Origin: an uncultured Methanosarcinaceae archaeon
GTDB lineage: Archaea; Halobacteriota; Methanosarcinia; Methanosarcinales; Methanosarcinaceae
Reading direction: 5' to 3'
NCBI GenBank assembly: GCA_963847185.1
Contig: CAWJYV010000008.1
Coordinates: forward strand, 608,001-672,000
Length of the DNA: 64,000 bases
The position numbers and the translations under genes are program-made. Under the pieces are notes generated by a model that did no database searches, was not told the DNA's origin, and saw only the letters and a program-made list of their open reading frames with translations. Positions 30,261 through 40,383 of the stretch are shown one piece after another; position 1 is the first letter of the stretch, and the number at the start of each line of letters is the position of its first letter.

Positions 30261-31256
30261 ATGCTTAAATTAGGCTACAAAATCGCACCTGAACAATTTC
30301 CGCCTTTGGAAATGCTGGAACAGGTAATTGCAGCTGAAAAAAATGGATTTGAAAGTATTGATGCCAGTGACCATTTTCATCCCTGGAGTGAAGAAGGACA
30401 GGCATGTTTTATCTGGAGCTGGCTTGGAGCCGCAGCTGCAAGGACAAAGACTATTGAACTGGGCACAGGTGTAACATGCCCTATCCTGCGTTATAATCCG
30501 GCTGTCATTGCTCAGGCAGCAGCAACTGTTTCTTCTCTTGCTGAAGGGAGAACCTATCTTGGAGTTGGGACTGGAGAGGCACTTAACGAATATTCGATAA
30601 CTTACGAATGGCCGACTTTTATAGAGCGTCAGGCAAGAATGATAGAAGCTATACAGCTTATCCGTAATTTATGGACAGGAGAAAAAACAGATTTTGAAGG
30701 GTGTTATTACCCTACAAGGCAGGCTAAACTGTATACCTTACCTAAAAATGATATTCCGATATACATCTCTTCACTTGTACCTGAAAGTGCCTACCTTGCC
30801 GGATATTATGGAGATGGGCTTATAACCGTAGGAGGTCTTGAGATGCAGGAATATGAACAAATGCTTTCCGAGACCAGAAGAGGAGCTATCGATGCGGGCA
30901 GAGACTTTGAGAGGATGCCAAAAGCCATAGAACTTAAGGTAGAATACACCGATAATCCCGAAAAGGCTATTGAGAGCTTCAAAAAGTACTGGGCAGGAGC
31001 CACAGTACATGCCCTTTTCCTGAACAAAATATATACTCCAGCAATGTCTGCGCAGAACGGTCGGATAGTAGGCAAAGATGTTATTCAGAAAATGATCTGT
31101 ATTTCGGACGACCCGCAGAAACATATTGATTTTGTAAAACCATACATTGATGCAGGTTTTACGCATATATACTTCCATTCGACAATTCCGGATCAAGTCT
31201 CCTTTTTGGAAGCATATGGAAAAGATGTCCTACCTGCCTTAAGGAAAATGGGATAA
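30261..31256 (+). CDS. F420-dependent LLM-class oxidoreductase (G6PDH/Adf-like family)
   Basis: PEQF, SDHFHPW, GTGVTCP and GTGEALNE motifs. Confidence 0.9.
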   Translation: MLKLGYKIAPEQFPPLEMLEQVIAAEKNGFESIDASDHFHPWSEEGQACFIWSWLGAAAARTKTIELGTGVTCPILRYNPAVIAQAAATVSSLAEGRTYLGVGTGEALNEYSITYEWPTFIERQARMIEAIQLIRNLWTGEKTDFEGCYYPTRQAKLYTLPKNDIPIYISSLVPESAYLAGYYGDGLITVGGLEMQEYEQMLSETRRGAIDAGRDFERMPKAIELKVEYTDNPEKAIESFKKYWAGATVHALFLNKIYTPAMSAQNGRIVGKDVIQKMICISDDPQKHIDFVKPYIDAGFTHIYFHSTIPDQVSFLEAYGKDVLPALRKMG

Positions 31257-31338
31257 ATACTCAATTATTTATTTTTAATGTTTATTTTTAACTGCTCGTA
31301 ACTTGTTTCATATTTCATGAGTATTTTCAATTAATATC

Positions 31339-34300
31339 TCAAAGTCTCATGATCGAAGACATATTGGTAAGAGGGTCTTTTTCTACCTGGAAGATATGAT
31401 CTGCCGAATCGATAAGGGATTCGTCGTGAGAAACCACGATAATCTGGCCTACTCCTATACTGCGCATCATATCTATGAGTTTCAAAAGCTGCCTTATATG
31501 CCCGCGGTCCAGAAAAACCGTTGGCTCGTCAAGAATCATTGGGGGAAGCCCATCCCCTCGACTTCCGCCAAAACCAAGCGCAAGGAGCCTGTAAATAGCA
31601 CAGCGCAGGACCAGGTTAAAAATAGCACGTTCTCCACCACTGAGGAGTTTTGGTTCAAGAGGGGTTCCATCCTTTCTATAAACCGTAAGGTTGTACTCAG
31701 GGTCAAGTTCTATGTGGGAATAGGCGTTGTTTGCATACATGAAGCCAAACATCTCATTTAAAAGGGCTGAAAGAGCCCCTATATTCCTTGCCCTCATGTC
31801 AGCCCTGACTCGCATATAGGTGTTTTCAAGCTCTTCTGTATTGCTGTATACAGCTTCGAGATACAGCCTCCTGTTTTCGAGAGCCCTGAGTTCATCTTTA
31901 AGTTCCCTGAGGCGGTTTAATCTGTTTTCAACCATACCGATTTCTTTTAAAAGCGTGTCTTTCTCAGCAGTCGCTTGCCGGATTTTTTCTGTTATGTTTG
32001 CCTGAGCCTCTTCAAACTGGGCGCGTTTTAGCTGAAGTTCTTCGAGCCTGTTTCCTTCTAATTTTTCTTCAAGCTGTTTTATCCTTTCATTTCTTTCAAG
32101 AATCTCACGGTCAAAGAAACCGACCTTTTCCACCAGATTCCGGATCAAAGTTTCAAGCTCAGAGATTTTGTGCTTGACGTTATCCATCCTGAACAGGTTT
32201 GCCTGAACTTTTTTTGCTTGCAGGAGAAGCTTCTCAAACTCCTGATGGGCCTTTTTTGCTTCCTCTTCACTTTTCCGCAGGCTCTCGATTTCAAGTCCCA
32301 GGACTTTAAGACTTTCTTTTTCCCGTTTTTCCCTTTCTGCAAGCTCTCTCAACTTCTCATTAAGTTCTCCAAGCCTTTGCCCGTAATTTTCAATCAGCGC
32401 AAGGGAAGTTCTGATTTTCCCGTTCAGAGCTTCAATCTCCGAAGTGTTTTCAACAAACTTCTTTTCAAAGGCCTTTACTTCCTGAAGCGTTTTTTCACTT
32501 TCACTATGAGCTTTTTGAGCTGCTTCTTCCAGGCCCTGCAGGGCTTTAATGTCGGGGAGAAGCTGGTTCACTTCAGCCTCAAGTTTCTGTTTCTGGGCAT
32601 TAAGGCCTTCCAGCTTAAGATAATCTTCCTCGAGCCTGGCTTTATGGATCTTCATCCGTTCTTCAAGATCCTTTGCCTTGATCCTGAGTTTCTCGATTTC
32701 AAGCTCGTAATCAGAAATCCGTTTCTCCAGTTTTTTTGCATCCTTGAGCCGGTTGAGCTTTTTCTCGATTTCCTCCTGCTGGAGTTTTATTTCCATGAGT
32801 TCTGCTGAAAGCTTTTCTTTTTTCTGTTCGGATTCCTCGGTTGTGCAGGCAATTTCAGACCCTTTAAGCTCCTGTCCGCAGGTAGGGCATTTTCCTTCTG
32901 CAAGAAGCTCCAGGTTTTTGCGGAGAACCTTCTCAAGCTCTCTGATAGTTGCTTCAAGCTCTTTTTCCCTCCCATGCAGTCTATTTTTGTTTTCCTGCAA
33001 AAGCTCGCTGAAGTATTCAAGGTCATCGAGCTGTTCTCCGGTAAAACTAAGCCCTTTTAACCCTGTAAAAGCTTCGGATTTCTGCTCCTGAACCTCCAGA
33101 ATTACTCTTTCGTTCTCCCTCAGTTCTTCTTCAAGAGTTTCGATCTCGGTTTTACCTTTTTTGACTGAAAACTCGCAATTTTGAAGCTCTTTTTCAAGCG
33201 CCAGTAAATTTACATCGCCGGTTTCTTTTTCTTTGAAAGCAAGGGCAAGCTTTGCCGAGATTTCACTCTTTCTGTCACGCAGAAGACGTTCTTTTTCTTC
33301 CAGCTCTTTTATGACTGAAGGGATTTCTTGAGTTTCTCCAAACCCTGCCTTTGCTTTAATTGCCTTATTATCCTCTTCGATTTTCCGGATATTTTTCCTG
33401 TTTCCTTCAATTTCCCCGTTTGCAGCTCCGATATCGACTCTGCACTGAGCAAAAATGCGCTCAGTTTCAGCCTTTTCTTTTTCGAAGTCACTTAAGGTTT
33501 TCTTGAGGGTTTCCTCTTCTCTGAAGAGGAGAGCAAGTTCTTTTGAAATGCCATTTACCTTTTCCCTGGCAAGAAACTCTTCTTTTTCCTGCCTTAAGAT
33601 CAGGGCTTCAATATCAAGGGCTCCAAAGCTACATTCTTCTCTGATTGTATTATTTTCCTCTCCCAGTTCAAGCAAAATTTGTCTTTGCTCATGGATTTCC
33701 CCTGATAAAGTTTCTTTTTCCCGGAAGCAGCCAGCTTTGTTTTCTTGAGAGGTTACAATCGCCTGTTTCAGGATGTTGATTTCCTTCAGCCTTTCCCTGT
33801 ACTCTGCAATCATAAGGTCAAACTTTTCTCTACGGGAACTGGCAGCCTCTTTCATTTCATTAAACTTTTTCAAATCACTATCGATTTCCTTTACCTTCTG
33901 CCTGAGTCCATTCAGTATCCTAACGGGTTCTGCACTTTCAACATCCTCAATCTCGGCTTTCACACCCGAAAGACTGTTTTTCGTATCCCTCTCAAGCCTT
34001 CGGACAGCCGTTTTCGCGCTACTTGCTCTTTCCCTGTACTCTTCGAGCTTGCCAAGCTGCAGAAGGTCATCGATCATGCGTTGCCTGTCTTTAGGCTTTG
34101 CATTAATAAGTACATCAATCTCTCCCTGCCGGATGTAAGCACAGTTCCTGTATGCATCTTCATCCATATTCAAAAGGGCACAGACTTCTTCGTAAGTCTT
34201 TGTGGCCTGATCGACAATGCTTTTTCCATCAGCATAGAGTACGCATTTTGAGCTTGAAGCCGTTTCATTTTTTTGAGAATACCGAAAAGCCTGATCAATA

Positions 34301-34551
34301 AGATATTCCCTTCCCAGATGCTCGAATCCAAGGCCAATTCTGGCGTTTTCAGCTCCTTTGAAAATTATGTCTGCAAGCACAAAATCCTTTGAAAGGATCT
34401 TGCTTCCGAAAAGTCCCATGAAACAGGCTTCAAGAAGACTTGACTTCCCGCTTCCGTTTACCCCGGAAATTACCGTTACTCCGTCTTCGAAATTGAAATC
34501 CAGCTTTTTATAGCTCCGGATATTTTCGATATGCAGGCTTTTAAGTTTCAC
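31339..34551 (-). CDS. rad50: DNA double-strand break repair ATPase Rad50
   Basis: GVNGSGKSS, YIRQGE, CPTCG zinc hook, LSGGE, LDEPT and VSHD motifs. Confidence 0.95.
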   Translation of the reverse strand: MKLKSLHIENIRSYKKLDFNFEDGVTVISGVNGSGKSSLLEACFMGLFGSKILSKDFVLADIIFKGAENARIGLGFEHLGREYLIDQAFRYSQKNETASSSKCVLYADGKSIVDQATKTYEEVCALLNMDEDAYRNCAYIRQGEIDVLINAKPKDRQRMIDDLLQLGKLEEYRERASSAKTAVRRLERDTKNSLSGVKAEIEDVESAEPVRILNGLRQKVKEIDSDLKKFNEMKEAASSRREKFDLMIAEYRERLKEINILKQAIVTSQENKAGCFREKETLSGEIHEQRQILLELGEENNTIREECSFGALDIEALILRQEKEEFLAREKVNGISKELALLFREEETLKKTLSDFEKEKAETERIFAQCRVDIGAANGEIEGNRKNIRKIEEDNKAIKAKAGFGETQEIPSVIKELEEKERLLRDRKSEISAKLALAFKEKETGDVNLLALEKELQNCEFSVKKGKTEIETLEEELRENERVILEVQEQKSEAFTGLKGLSFTGEQLDDLEYFSELLQENKNRLHGREKELEATIRELEKVLRKNLELLAEGKCPTCGQELKGSEIACTTEESEQKKEKLSAELMEIKLQQEEIEKKLNRLKDAKKLEKRISDYELEIEKLRIKAKDLEERMKIHKARLEEDYLKLEGLNAQKQKLEAEVNQLLPDIKALQGLEEAAQKAHSESEKTLQEVKAFEKKFVENTSEIEALNGKIRTSLALIENYGQRLGELNEKLRELAEREKREKESLKVLGLEIESLRKSEEEAKKAHQEFEKLLLQAKKVQANLFRMDNVKHKISELETLIRNLVEKVGFFDREILERNERIKQLEEKLEGNRLEELQLKRAQFEEAQANITEKIRQATAEKDTLLKEIGMVENRLNRLRELKDELRALENRRLYLEAVYSNTEELENTYMRVRADMRARNIGALSALLNEMFGFMYANNAYSHIELDPEYNLTVYRKDGTPLEPKLLSGGERAIFNLVLRCAIYRLLALGFGGSRGDGLPPMILDEPTVFLDRGHIRQLLKLIDMMRSIGVGQIIVVSHDESLIDSADHIFQVEKDPLTNMSSIMRL

Positions 34552-36467
34552 AGGTAATCACCAAGGTTATGCTGTCGAGGAATTGCAGGCTTCCCTTTTC
34601 CCTTTTTCTGTCCTGAATTAGCTATCCCACCTATATCCGAAACCTTGTCAGGTTTTTCTTCCGGGACTTTGATTGATTTTTCTTCAGACAGGTTATTTGC
34701 CTTTAACTCATCTGGTTTTACTTCACCTGTTTTTTTATCTCTGGCCCCTTCCTTTTCGGAGTTAATTTCAGCTCCAGACCTTAACCCGGATTCAGAAAGC
34801 ATTCTAATCTTTTGTTCAGGCTTATTTATTCCTTTTTTTGAAAGCTCAATCTCATTTCCAATCTTTTCTTTATCGGATTCGGAAGCCTCGCATGGAAAAG
34901 CCGATTTGAAGGCATTTTCAGGGGTAGGTTCAGAAGATGAAAGTTCAGAAGATAAAGATTCAGGTACAGGTTCAGAAGATACAGGTTCAAAAGACGCAAG
35001 TTCAGAAGATACAGGTTCAGAGATGGATTTGGAAGGAAGTTCAGATAAAAATTCGGACAATGGTTGGGATTCAGCTACAGGTTCAGAAGAAGGCTCTGAT
35101 GGAAGTTTAGACTCTGAATCATGTTCGGATTCAAGAACCGAATCAGGCACTGATCCAGATATTTCCAGATTCAAAGTGGAAGTTCCAGATTCGATATCCC
35201 CTTGAAATTCGGTCTCTTTTGTGGGGTTGGAATCTTCAACATATTTAATTTCATCATCAGGTCTGATAGAAATTTCCATCCTGAAATTCGGATCTTTAAA
35301 ATCAATAGCCTCAATCAGCTTTGAAAGTCGGCCTTCGGTTTCTTCGTCCACTCTTGATCTTGAAATAATCGGGTTTCGGACAATTTCATCAATAATCAAC
35401 CCGCCGTCATTTAAGCTCAGTCTTTTGATTTCGTTTGCAACCGCATGGTCAGGGTCCGAAAATGCTACTTTTAAAACATCATCTGGTAAGGACTCTTTTG
35501 TCCTCAGGTCTCTGACCCTTGGCACAAGAACTCCTTTACTCAGCAGGTACTCTTCGATCTCACTGAGGGATAGAACCATTCCCGAATCTCCGGAAATCTC
35601 CAGAAACACAACTGATCCGGACAACTCTTCAAGATGCTCATTTACCGCAGAAAATATCTGTTCAAAGGGTTTCTCTTCCTCACTGAGAGTAACCGGAATA
35701 GTAAGAAAATGGCGCGTAGGAATTGTGCGCCTGCTGATCTCCATCCCTTCACCTGAAAGAGTGATAATATTGTAGGAACGGGGCTCGCTTTCGGATGCAC
35801 TGTTTCGTTCCGTACTTCCTGGATATGTAGCCCAGGCATCCCCTACCTTAATTTTTTCATATTTATGATAATCGCCAAGAAGGATTGCATCAATTTTAAA
35901 AGGAAGCTTTTCAAGCACCTCAGCACAGTCCCATTCAGCATATGGGAAAGGTTGCACAATCTGATGCATTACAAGTAATTTTCTGCAGCTTTCCGGAAGA
36001 GAAGTACAACTTTCCGGAGTTCCAAACCCGGAATAATCGAAGACAGGGATCTTTGACTTCGGGACACTGTCGATTCCGTAAATTGCCACCGAATCACCAT
36101 TTCCACCTCTCGTTTCTATAATCCGCGGCTTCTTTCCAAGCCGTGCCGCAAGCTCCATTTCCTCAAAAAGGTCAAGCCATTGCGTATTCTGCTTGCTTTC
36201 ATGGTTCCCGACAATTCCAAAAAAAGGTATGTCTGCAGCCTTCAATCTTGACAGGATGCTTATTGTCTCCAGAAGATCTTCAAGAGCAGGGTTCCTTGAA
36301 TCAAAAAGGTCTCCGGCATGCACGACAGCATCGACCTGCATATCAACAGCATCATTTATAACAAGTTCAAAAGCCTTAAAAAAGTCCTGCCTCCGGACCT
36401 CGCTGTGGTACTGCCTGTAACCAAGATGCGTGTCTGCAGTGTGGAGTATCCTTATTTCCCTGTCCAT
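34548..36467 (-). CDS. mre11: Mre11 nuclease with long acidic low-complexity tail
   Basis: DTHLG, GDLFD, GNHE, GDYH and YPGS motifs; 4-nt overlap with rad50. Confidence 0.93.
   Translation of the reverse strand: MDREIRILHTADTHLGYRQYHSEVRRQDFFKAFELVINDAVDMQVDAVVHAGDLFDSRNPALEDLLETISILSRLKAADIPFFGIVGNHESKQNTQWLDLFEEMELAARLGKKPRIIETRGGNGDSVAIYGIDSVPKSKIPVFDYSGFGTPESCTSLPESCRKLLVMHQIVQPFPYAEWDCAEVLEKLPFKIDAILLGDYHKYEKIKVGDAWATYPGSTERNSASESEPRSYNIITLSGEGMEISRRTIPTRHFLTIPVTLSEEEKPFEQIFSAVNEHLEELSGSVVFLEISGDSGMVLSLSEIEEYLLSKGVLVPRVRDLRTKESLPDDVLKVAFSDPDHAVANEIKRLSLNDGGLIIDEIVRNPIISRSRVDEETEGRLSKLIEAIDFKDPNFRMEISIRPDDEIKYVEDSNPTKETEFQGDIESGTSTLNLEISGSVPDSVLESEHDSESKLPSEPSSEPVAESQPLSEFLSELPSKSISEPVSSELASFEPVSSEPVPESLSSELSSSEPTPENAFKSAFPCEASESDKEKIGNEIELSKKGINKPEQKIRMLSESGLRSGAEINSEKEGARDKKTGEVKPDELKANNLSEEKSIKVPEEKPDKVSDIGGIANSGQKKGKGKPAIPRQHNLGDYL
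34925..35110 (-). repeat. Degenerate 12-15 bp coding repeats (SEPVS/SSE) in the Mre11 tail
   Basis: Recurrent (g/a)gttcagaagat on the + strand. Confidence 0.75.
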
Positions 36468-36954
36468 GGTTTCATCAGTCTCTGGTTTTTACGTTATAAG
36501 GATTTCTATATTAGTATTTAACTCATTTCCACAGAAAATCCACTTGAGCCGAATAAGGAAATTTGGGATCTAGACAAAACAAGCTGCAGTTGATTGATTT
36601 CCTACTATTTACAGAGCAGTTACTGCCCTATATCAAGCGATAGGGTATTTTAATGTGAAATAACTGCAAAAATGGAACATTGATAAGAGAATTCTCTAAA
36701 TTCACTTTTATAAAAAGTTGTTAGATAATTACATAGTTTACGAAAGGCGGGAAAGAAAAAAAGAGATGATCCTCATACAATTTGTGAATGAAGAAGAAGT
36801 TTGAGAAAAGGAAGAATTAAAATTGCAGGAAAAATTTACCGGAAGATAAAGCATAAAAGTGCCTCCCTGCCGAAAATAAGCCATATTTAGGTATCAAACT
36901 ATCCAAAGACCTTGGTCATTTTAGTGTAGATTTAAGAACGGTTTAACGAACGGT

Positions 36955-37287
36955 TTAACGAACGGGTAATTTTTTTCCAGCAGTATATCCCTTGCCGTAT
37001 CCGTCTCTATATCCGTTGAAGTGTCCGCCTGTGTACCCTGAATCCGGTCCGTAATATATCATGATGAATACACGTGGATCTTTACCATTTATACCGTCAT
37101 TAAATCCATCAACATATCCTTTATGATGTCCGTCTTTGTATCCGCGAGCATAGCTGTCATAATTTTCGTTACCATATTTTCCCGAAGAAGCTGCATTTAC
37201 TGGTGCAGCTGCCAGTGAAGTTATAAAAATAACTAACAAGAGAATACCCAGTGCCTTTGTTATGCTGACAATTGCTTGTTTCCCCAT
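36955..37287 (-). CDS. Small secreted protein with GY/DG repeats
   Basis: Signal peptide; GYKDG/GYVDG/GFNDG/GYRDGY motifs; ATG 37287 after GGAGGG. Confidence 0.7.
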   Translation of the reverse strand: MGKQAIVSITKALGILLLVIFITSLAAAPVNAASSGKYGNENYDSYARGYKDGHHKGYVDGFNDGINGKDPRVFIMIYYGPDSGYTGGHFNGYRDGYGKGYTAGKKLPVR

Positions 37288-37377
37288 TTGTTTACCCTCC
37301 AAATTATTGCTTATTTAATGTGAATGATATAGTTATTCACTACTCAAGCGATTGATGTTTAAAAATCCCTGTGTGAA

Positions 37378-37417
37378 TCCATAATTAAATTCATAGTTCC
37401 ATAATTAAATTCATAGT
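37378..37417. repeat. Perfect 20-bp tandem duplication
   Basis: tccataattaaattcatagt x2. Confidence 0.85.
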
Positions 37418-38194
37418 AACTGATTTTTGAACAATTAAAATGTGCGTCTATGTTTTCAGATTGCCGTGTCATAGAGTAATAGATCTAAGTATTGACTGTC
37501 AACTTTGAATGTTAAATTATTGGATGTTAATTTTGACCGCTGATATCCATATATACGGACAACTGGAAAATAGATAAATTCTGTAGAATAAAATTTCCTT
37601 ATAATTAATAATTCCATAAATTAAGACAATAAAAGTGCAAGAAGATCGAGAGCTAAAGAGATATAAATTAGAATTTTTTCCGAACATTTTAAATAAGAGG
37701 AGTTCATACTAACATTATTTAAAATGTAGGTTTTTTGCGACTTTTTATTGCACAAGTTGGGTAATTTTATTTTTTGCATGGCTTATTTAGAGAAGGAGTG
37801 TAAGGAGTTATTCCGAATAAAAGAAAGTTACCTTAATATTGGAAAATTTCAAAAATTATCAACGAAAATTTCTATCAAAATGTAGGGGCTAATTTGTAAA
37901 TTCCAAGAGACTTGAACAAAACTTTGATAATCTCAACAAAATGAAGAATCTAGATAAGTTTTGGGATCTCTAAGTTTAATACAAAATTAGCCTCTTAACG
38001 ATTTATGGATCGTGGGGGAAACTATAACCAAGTCTGAAAAAACAGGGGTATCATCCAAGTTTGGGAAAATAGAGGTCTTAATTTGCGGCATTGAGGAACT
38101 CGCCCTCGACCATAAATCAATGAAACACGGAAATTGTTAATAATAGCTGGCAATCGGTTTGCTTAGGATAAGCTTTGGATATGGGGGTGTAAAT

Positions 38195-39526
38195 ATGAGA
38201 GAGAGGTATTATGAGTTCCCACTGGAGGATTTTGTTTCCAGAGAGTATTTTAAAGAAATAAAAAAATATTCTCAGGATAAAGATACACCTTTTTTAATCA
38301 TTGATCTACAGAAAATAGAGCGGAGTTATGAAGAGCTGGTAGAGCACATGCCTTTTGCAAAAATTCACTATGCTGTAAAGGCAAACCCTATGGATGAAGT
38401 TGTGCTTACTCTGAAGAATAAAGGCTCTAATTTTGATGTGGCAACGGTTTATGAACTGGATCAGTTACTCAGGCTCGGGGTGGAACCTGAGAGAATCAGT
38501 TATGGAAACACAATTAAAAAGGAAAAAGATATAGCTTATGTATATGAAAAGGGAGTAAGGCTTTTTGTTACTGATTCTGAAAGTGACTTAAATAAGTTAG
38601 CTAGAAGAGCCCCGGGTTCCAGAGTTTTTTTCCGGATCCTTACTGAAGGCTATGGGGCTGACTGGCCTCTTTCACGGAAGTTCGGATCGCACCCTGACCT
38701 TATATACAAACTTATTCTGAAGGCTGATAAACTTGGACTTGAACCTTATGGGCTTTCTTTTCATGTTGGTTCCCAGCAAAGGGACATTGGGCAGTGGGAC
38801 AATGCTATTTCCAAATGCAAATACCTCTTTGAAGCAGTGGCTGAAAAAGGTATCCGTTTAAAAATGATCAACCTCGGAGGAGGTTTTCCCGCAAAATACC
38901 AGTCGCAGGCTCATGACCTTGAAACTTATGCCTGTGAAATCCGCCGTTTTTTGCATGAAGACTTTGGAGAAAAGCTGCCGGAAATTATTATTGAACCAGG
39001 CCGCTCTATGGTAGCAAACGCCGGCATAATCGTAAGTGAAGTTATAATGATCGCAAAAAAGGCCAGGTTCAATCAGTATAAATGGGTTTATCTCGACATT
39101 GGCAAGTATGGAGGCCTTATAGAAACTCTTGACGAAGCCATCAAGTATCCCATATTCTGCGACAAAAAAGGTTGTGCCGAAGAAGTTATCCTTGCAGGTC
39201 CAACCTGCGACAGCATGGATATTCTTTACGAACATCACAAATATTCCTTCCCTCACACAATGAGAGAAGGAAATCGAGTATATATCTTTACAACAGGTGC
39301 ATACACTCAAAGCTGTAGTTCTGTGGGTTTTAACGGATTCCCTCCACTAAGGTCTTATTTTATACAGAATGAGAAACTGGATTCAAAGGTAGAAATAGAG
39401 ACAGAAACCCGGCCTTATTCAAAAAAGAAAAAACAACTGGAAAAGATCCCACAATACACACAGCATTATAACTCAGAACTCTCTGATCCCTTGAAATCGG
39501 AGAGTTCAAGATCAGAGAGTTCTTAA
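38195..39526 (+). CDS. Ornithine (or lysine/ornithine) decarboxylase, fold-type III PLP enzyme
   Basis: YAVKAN, FDVA, SFHVGSQ, NLGGGF, IEPGR, GPTCDSMD, GAYT and FNGF motifs; ATG 38195 after GGGGGT. Confidence 0.9.
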   Translation: MRERYYEFPLEDFVSREYFKEIKKYSQDKDTPFLIIDLQKIERSYEELVEHMPFAKIHYAVKANPMDEVVLTLKNKGSNFDVATVYELDQLLRLGVEPERISYGNTIKKEKDIAYVYEKGVRLFVTDSESDLNKLARRAPGSRVFFRILTEGYGADWPLSRKFGSHPDLIYKLILKADKLGLEPYGLSFHVGSQQRDIGQWDNAISKCKYLFEAVAEKGIRLKMINLGGGFPAKYQSQAHDLETYACEIRRFLHEDFGEKLPEIIIEPGRSMVANAGIIVSEVIMIAKKARFNQYKWVYLDIGKYGGLIETLDEAIKYPIFCDKKGCAEEVILAGPTCDSMDILYEHHKYSFPHTMREGNRVYIFTTGAYTQSCSSVGFNGFPPLRSYFIQNEKLDSKVEIETETRPYSKKKKQLEKIPQYTQHYNSELSDPLKSESSRSESS

Positions 39527-39561
39527 GAATTTGTATATAATTGCGCCGACAATTAGGAAAA

Positions 39562-39663
39562 AAAGTATCCATAACCACAAAAGAGCTGTCGTTTCAGACA
39601 TAAATGGCTCAAAAATCATAAATATAATCAAGCTAGGGAATTATAAAAACTTATGGATACTTT
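39562..39663. mobile_element. MITE-like element, 102 bp
   Basis: Perfect 13-bp terminal inverted repeat aaagtatccataa / ttatggatacttt. Confidence 0.45.
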
Positions 39664-39696
39664 CAGTATCTTAAATACAGATCCGGTTTCAAACAA

Positions 39697-39758
39697 GCTC
39701 TGTTAAATAGCTTCCGTTCCTGTTAAATAGATTGTTTTAGACTCTTTTTTAACAGAGC
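39697..39758. mobile_element. MITE-like element or IS end relic, 62 bp
   Basis: Perfect 11-bp inverted repeat gctctgttaaa / tttaacagagc; internal ctgttaaatag duplicated. Confidence 0.45.
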
Positions 39759-40383
39759 CCTTTTAAAATGTTCCTCTTAGAAACCGCTTTTAAAATACCC
39801 ATCTTAAGATACCCTACTTAAATAGACATCTTTTACGTTTTTTATACTCAATGTGTTTTAAGAATTTTATTTTCTTTTTTTCGCGGTTTAGTCTGTCCTC
39901 TCATATACAGATCAAAACCAGAACATTTAGGGCAGGAATGCAAGTGAACTGACACACCTTTCTCACTGTTAAAATGTTTTCCACAATATGGGCACTCTGA
40001 CATATTTTATATTATCCTTTTTTATCAATATGAAATTTTCCATAAACTTATATTGTTGGAAGACTCTGAAAAGAAATGAAGTATCCCTTTCTCTTACTGT
40101 ATACATAAATTATGCAGCATCTCCCGATATGCAGAATGATCTCCTGCTTCAGGCTCCCTAATGTATATTTTCTTTCAAGACAGCATCTTCAGAAGTAACT
40201 GCTTTAATATCCTCCCAAAACTAAAAAGGCTTTTATTCTCTAAATTCAAATGAAAATGAATATGATTTACGCAGTCTGATTTACGCAGTTAAACTGGGAA
40301 TAGTAAAATGAAATCTCAAATCACCTAATCTAGATTAAAGATATAAAATGAATTTACAAACCTATGGAAAAAGAGGTGCCTAA

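Noticed and set aside
31396-36521. Many + strand ORFs opposite rad50/mre11, and similar antisense ORFs elsewhere
   Set aside because: Antisense shadows of long genuine genes with S/F/L-rich translations
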